Virus record (IMG/VR): IMGVR_UViG_3300033233_000014
Span: 1 to 64,000 of that record
Direction: 5' to 3' (one strand)
DNA length: 64,000 nucleotides
DNA from: a virus
Below are positions 59,845 through 64,000 of the stretch, in pieces. A program made the translations under genes and the position numbers. Within the stretch, counting starts at the first letter, position 1; every line of letters starts with the position of its first letter. The notes beneath the pieces are model-generated. The model was given only the letters and a program-made list of their open reading frames with translations. It was not told the DNA's origin and did not search any database.

Positions 59845-60086
59845 CGCGGCGCTCCTTCCGGCACAATCACCTCGGTGTCATGACGCAGATGGAACCGCGC
59901 GAGGGTGACATGCCGTCCCGTCGCGTTCGCGGCCTCCTGGGCGAAGCGCCGCAGGAGATCGAGGCGCGCCTTGTCCGCCGCCACGAGCGGCATCCAGCCC
60001 ATGCTGGTGTGCCACGCGACGACGCCCTCCTCGCCATCGGCCTCGGTCGCCAGGAAGGCGAAGATCTCCTCGATGTGGAACGGCAC
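59841..60086 (-). CDS. Small hypothetical protein
   Basis: IFAFL...EEGV...MPLVAAD; ATGA overlap. Confidence 0.55.
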   Translation of the reverse strand: MPFHIEEIFAFLATEADGEEGVVAWHTSMGWMPLVAADKARLDLLRRFAQEAANATGRHVTLARFHLRHDTEVIVPEGAPR

Positions 60087-60088
60087 CG

Positions 60089-60487
60089 CTACGACATCCT
60101 CGCTTCCGCCCGTGCCTCGGCCAGCGCCTCCCGACGCGCATCGGCATCGGTGAAGTCCGGCCGTCCCTTCGGACCGTCCCCACTCTTCGTGATCCAGCCT
60201 GCCGGCACACGCCAGATGCGGTAGGCGCCGAAGTCGACGGTGACGCGCTTCTGCCCCAGGTTGGTCACGCGCCCCGGCGTGCCCTTCGGCAGCCGCCGCT
60301 GGTCCGCCTGCGCCATCACCACGTTGTCGCCCTTCTTGAACGCCACCAGCGCGAGCCGGTCCCGCTGCGCGTGCCGCGCCTTCATCTCGTCCCACAGCGC
60401 CCGCGCCGCCTGCTCGATCTCCGCCTCGTCCGGACACTCCTGCGCCAGCCGCAGCACCTTCTCCGCCAACGTCAGTCTCGATCCCAT
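60089..60487 (-). CDS. Hypothetical protein (SH3-like barrel)
   Basis: AAGGAGG RBS; FKKGDNV...G.V......VTVDF...WRVP. Confidence 0.6.
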   Translation of the reverse strand: MGSRLTLAEKVLRLAQECPDEAEIEQAARALWDEMKARHAQRDRLALVAFKKGDNVVMAQADQRRLPKGTPGRVTNLGQKRVTVDFGAYRIWRVPAGWITKSGDGPKGRPDFTDADARREALAEARAEARMS

Positions 60488-60527
60488 CGCCGTCCTCCTT
60501 CCGTCGTCCCTATTGACGTTGACCCCT

Positions 60528-60556
60528 ATATTACTACTTTCGTCAAGAGAAGTCAA
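60528..60556 (-). promoter_or_regulatory. sigma70-type promoter TTGACT-17-TAATAT
   Basis: AT-rich intergenic region, 17-nt spacer. Confidence 0.75.
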
Positions 60557-60568
60557 GTCCACAAGCCC

Positions 60569-60589
60569 GACTGCAGACAGTCTGCAGTC
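60569..60589. repeat. 21-bp palindrome copy 4 (central base A)
   Basis: GACTGCAGAC-A-GTCTGCAGTC, 12 bp upstream of the -35. Confidence 0.85.
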
Positions 60590-63221
60590 ACGCCTCGTGG
60601 GCGAAGAGGGGGACGTTGCCGGCCAGACGGCGCCGCGCGATCTGGGCGTACTCGGGGTTCAACTCGGTGCCGATCGCGTTCCGGCCGAAGCAGTTGGCGA
60701 CGAGCAACGTGGTGCCGCTGCCCGCGAAGGGATCGAGGACGGTGCAAGGCACCGGCTCATGCGGCCTCCACGTCGCGATCGGCTGTCCTTCCGGCGTGAA
60801 CCCGCCGGTGTCGATCTCCTGCCCGCACTTGCACGTCGGTTCCCATCCCGCGTCCTGTCGACGGTAGGTGCCATCGTGCGACTTCGTAGCGATCGACGCC
60901 CCATACTTGAGATTGGCTTCCCGAGTGTTGGGATGCCGGCTCCAGTCCTTGCCGATCGTTCCGCCCGCCGCCACCACGACACGCCGCCACGGCGCCCCGC
61001 ACTCCGGGCAGCAGCCATGCTCGCTCGAGCCCGCCTTCACGCACGGAATGACGAGCGCCTTGGGGAACGTGGCGAAATGGGCCTCGGGACAGGGCTCGGT
61101 GGCGATCTCCCAGACGGAGCGGATGTTGCGCCCTTGGAGCATGCGCTCGAGCGCCTCGGGATCGCCCCACATGCGATTCGGATTGGCGATCGCCTCTCGC
61201 CCGACCCGCACGGCGCCCTCGTGTCGGTACTGCTTCCGCGGCGCGTCGCTCGAATCGCTGCGCTCGACCGGCGCCGTCTCCGTCACGCCCGGGAACATCT
61301 CGACTGTCGGGTTCTTGGGCTGCATCTCCGCCAGCCGAGCCGCCGCTGCCTCTGCGTCGCCCACCGACCGCTTCTGGCCGATGTGCGTCGCACCGCTCGA
61401 CTTGAGCAGCGGATCCTCCGTCTCCTTGTGCTTCCCCCCGATCCGGTTCTTCTTCTCGATTACCTTCCGCAAGTCGCTCATGTTGGAGCGCAGCGGCTCC
61501 AACACGGCATGCCGATCGAAGAAGTACCGCTCGCTCTTGGCGAGTAGGAAGAGGAACTCGTGGCTCCGCGTCGGCCGATCCTCCACGCTCTCCGGCATGG
61601 GATTCGGCTTGGAGTTGTGCGTCAGCACGCCGGACGCAAGCGCGAAGACATGCGGCTCGTCTGCGACACCAAGATCCCACACCTCACGGCACCGCGCCTT
61701 CCGAATCTCGATGATCTCCCCCATGTCGCGATCGTTGTGGTGCCCGCTGCGCTCCGTGCGGATCTCGCCCTTGAAAGTCGAGCGGCGGCCGTTCTGGAAC
61801 CGTGCCCACCCGGGGTTGAGCGTGAGTGTGTACCCGAGGCGGGCGCACGCAACACGAAGATCGCGCTCGAGGCTATAGTTCCGGCAGAAGCCAAGACGCC
61901 ATCGCCGGTTCTTCGCGTCCCAATGCCCATCGCCCTCAAGGTAGCCCAGGACGAACGCGGCGAGGAACCGATTCGAGTAGCGCCATACGACCGGCGCGAA
62001 CGCCTTGTCGTGAGCGGTTCGGCCGGACACGAGTTCATCAAGGATCGCGAACAACACGCGGCCGTAGACCCGGATGTTCATACAGTTCCCCGACACCGTC
62101 CGAGTAGCCGATCCGCCGTACTTTCGCGAAACACGCTGCACGCGCTCCCATCTCGCTTCTTCTTTCGCGTGGCCGGCAATCTGAATCGTGCTTCCGGCAC
62201 GCGATCCCTCGGCGAGATAGAGGCCAGCGAACCATGCAGCGTCCTCGTCGAGCGCGCAGTCCCTTGGGTTCTCCGGTTCGGGCAGGGCAACACGGGAAAG
62301 CACGTCTCCGGGCCGCATTTCCGACGCCGCGAGAAGCCCACGCGCCGTAGGGAAACGGTGTGTCGTGGTGCAGGAGATCCTCTCGCCGCTCCGGAGGACG
62401 ATTTCAACTTCGTTACCCGAGCGCGGTGACATCGACATGCCGAGCAGCCGAGTCCACCGACTCCCGTTCCAGAGCTGCACCGACTCCGGCGCGAGACGGG
62501 CGAGATCCCTGACCATCGTGACCGTCTCGCCTTTCGCGGTTTTCGCGTAGACCCATGTCCCGCCGGAGAGGCACCACACGATGTCGGAACGCAGCCACCA
62601 GCCATCCTCCTGCAGCGCGAAGGCCACGCGCCAGGGCATGCCAATCAAGTCCTTCGTCTTGATCCCACCCCAGTCCCTCCGCCAGCGCGCATGCTTCTCC
62701 GGCGCCACCTGTTCCGGCCGCGGCGGCTCGTCCCCGCGCTCGGCCCGCAGCCCGGTGTACGTCCGCGCCCCGCCGTTCGAACAGAACGAGTCCCCGAGGT
62801 TGAGCCAGCAGGTGCCCTCGGGCCGCAGCACGCGCCGGACGGCCCGGAAGACCTCGACGAGATGCTGGACGTAAAGAAATGGCGAAGGCTCGAGGCCGAG
62901 ATTCCCCAGCCATGCCTCGCACTTCCGGCAGACGGCATCCTCGCGCCAGCGCGCCTTGCGGATGCGCTCGGCGTTCTCCGGCCCCGGCTCGTGGAACGCC
63001 TCGCCCGACGATCCCGCCCCGCCCCCACCCTCGACGTAGTACCGACTCTCCTGCCACTCATGCGCGCAGGCCGGATCGGAACCACCCCACACCTGGGGCT
63101 CCGTGTCGTAGCTTCTCAACCCAAAATATGGAGGCGACGTCATCACGGTGTGGATCGAGTCGGCCGGCAACGTAGCGAGTTGCACCCGCACGTCGCCCTC
63201 AAGGATGCGCCACGTCGACAT
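60588..63221 (-). CDS. Beta-class amino (N4C/N6A) DNA methyltransferase containing an intein
   Basis: TSPPY motif IV before VLDPFAGSGTT motif I; KPNPMPES; HFATFP. Confidence 0.92.
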   Translation of the reverse strand: MSTWRILEGDVRVQLATLPADSIHTVMTSPPYFGLRSYDTEPQVWGGSDPACAHEWQESRYYVEGGGGAGSSGEAFHEPGPENAERIRKARWREDAVCRKCEAWLGNLGLEPSPFLYVQHLVEVFRAVRRVLRPEGTCWLNLGDSFCSNGGARTYTGLRAERGDEPPRPEQVAPEKHARWRRDWGGIKTKDLIGMPWRVAFALQEDGWWLRSDIVWCLSGGTWVYAKTAKGETVTMVRDLARLAPESVQLWNGSRWTRLLGMSMSPRSGNEVEIVLRSGERISCTTTHRFPTARGLLAASEMRPGDVLSRVALPEPENPRDCALDEDAAWFAGLYLAEGSRAGSTIQIAGHAKEEARWERVQRVSRKYGGSATRTVSGNCMNIRVYGRVLFAILDELVSGRTAHDKAFAPVVWRYSNRFLAAFVLGYLEGDGHWDAKNRRWRLGFCRNYSLERDLRVACARLGYTLTLNPGWARFQNGRRSTFKGEIRTERSGHHNDRDMGEIIEIRKARCREVWDLGVADEPHVFALASGVLTHNSKPNPMPESVEDRPTRSHEFLFLLAKSERYFFDRHAVLEPLRSNMSDLRKVIEKKNRIGGKHKETEDPLLKSSGATHIGQKRSVGDAEAAAARLAEMQPKNPTVEMFPGVTETAPVERSDSSDAPRKQYRHEGAVRVGREAIANPNRMWGDPEALERMLQGRNIRSVWEIATEPCPEAHFATFPKALVIPCVKAGSSEHGCCPECGAPWRRVVVAAGGTIGKDWSRHPNTREANLKYGASIATKSHDGTYRRQDAGWEPTCKCGQEIDTGGFTPEGQPIATWRPHEPVPCTVLDPFAGSGTTLLVANCFGRNAIGTELNPEYAQIARRRLAGNVPLFAHEA
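61614..62573 (-). mobile_element. Intein (320 aa) with LAGLIDADG endonuclease
   Basis: W|CLSGGT...T..HRF...FAGLYLAEGS...FVLGYLEGDG...VWDLGV...THN|S. Confidence 0.92.
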
Positions 63222-63425
63222 CGCCGGCAGTCTAACTCGACTCGGCCGGCATTGCCGGCGGCGTCGTCTGCTTCGGTGCCTGCCACCGCTCGGGATCGAC
63301 CGTCGCGCTGATCTCCCGGAACGCCCCGCAGTCCGGGCACCAGGCCGCCTCGGACGGCAGCAGCCGCTCGTCGGGACGGAGCACGCCGCCCCGGAGCATC
63401 ACGGCCCGGCGATGGCGGCAGAGGC

Positions 63426-63836
63426 TCAGATCGGCTCCCACCGGCGCGAGGCGAAGTCGTACTCGTAGCGTCGGGCCACCCACAGGGCCTTCGCCCATCG
63501 GCCGAGGAGCCGCTGCCACCACGGCATCCCTTCACGGAAGATCTTGACAGCCACGGCGTGGCCCCGCTCCGCCTGCTCGAGCGTCGGCCAACGCTTGCAC
63601 CACCGTTCGCGGCCATCGGGGCCGAACACCATCGTCTCGAAGAGGAGTGGCGGGCCACCGAAGAAGTTGTGATCCATCCCGAGGAACACCGTCGAGATGG
63701 TCACCCGCCAGAGGTGATCGAAGGCGATCCGGCGCCGCTCGCCGGCGTACTCGAACCACCGCGCCCACTCGAGCGTGTCCTTGACAGGCTGCGGGCGCCC
63801 CAGCGCGTCGAGGACGTAGAGATCGTCACGCTCCAT
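63426..63836 (-). CDS. Conserved hypothetical phage protein
   Basis: ISTVFLGMDHNF...PLLFETMVFG...A..GH. Confidence 0.7.
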   Translation of the reverse strand: MERDDLYVLDALGRPQPVKDTLEWARWFEYAGERRRIAFDHLWRVTISTVFLGMDHNFFGGPPLLFETMVFGPDGRERWCKRWPTLEQAERGHAVAVKIFREGMPWWQRLLGRWAKALWVARRYEYDFASRRWEPI

Positions 63837-64000
63837 CGCGCTTCGCCTTCCGTCCCGCCGCCACGCCCGCCAAGAACGCCTCGCGCGGCGTCGGGTTGTT
63901 CCCGCGGCCGAAGCCCGCCCCGAAGACGGGATGGTTGCAGCCATCGAAGAGCGCAGCGAGGCGATCCCGCTCGGCCGCGCTGCAGTAGCCGAGGCCGTAG

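Noticed and set aside
225-63468. Long plus-strand ORFs (e.g. 24213-27137, 37811-41161, 17524-19851)
   Set aside because: Antisense shadows of high-GC minus-strand genes; Arg/Pro-rich with no recognisable motifs or RBS.

Overview
A 64-kb segment of a high-GC, contractile-tailed (myovirus-type) phage genome. Essentially all real genes are on the minus strand; the long plus-strand ORFs are antisense shadows. In transcription order (right to left) it holds: an intein-split DNA methyltransferase; small early-type genes behind sigma70-like promoters, including an ATP-dependent RNA ligase; a ~9-kb RNA-gene island (42 tRNAs covering all 20 amino acids, a tmRNA, a Ro60/TROVE gene, five complete Y-RNA-like genes plus one partial copy, and two free-standing endonucleases); ParB-like and terminase genes; ~12 kb of probable head-associated genes including a kinase/HAD pair; portal, protease-scaffold and capsid; then neck, sheath, tube, tape-measure, baseplate and fibre genes. 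The most unusual signals are: (1) a PAAR spike-tip gene with an in-frame UGA at its conserved Cys position, followed by a SECIS-like hairpin (candidate virion selenoprotein); (2) a modular Y-RNA family sharing one stem but carrying different inner domains, partly punctuated by tRNA-Pro genes; (3) a 36-nt tRNA-Ala minihelix gene (G3:U70, A73, CCA); (4) a coordinated A18/G55 elbow swap in 12 tRNAs and the tmRNA; (5) permuted tRNA-like modules and unassigned structured RNAs between tRNAs; (6) a perfect 21-bp palindrome present four times. All calls come from reading motifs and folding by eye; no searches were run.
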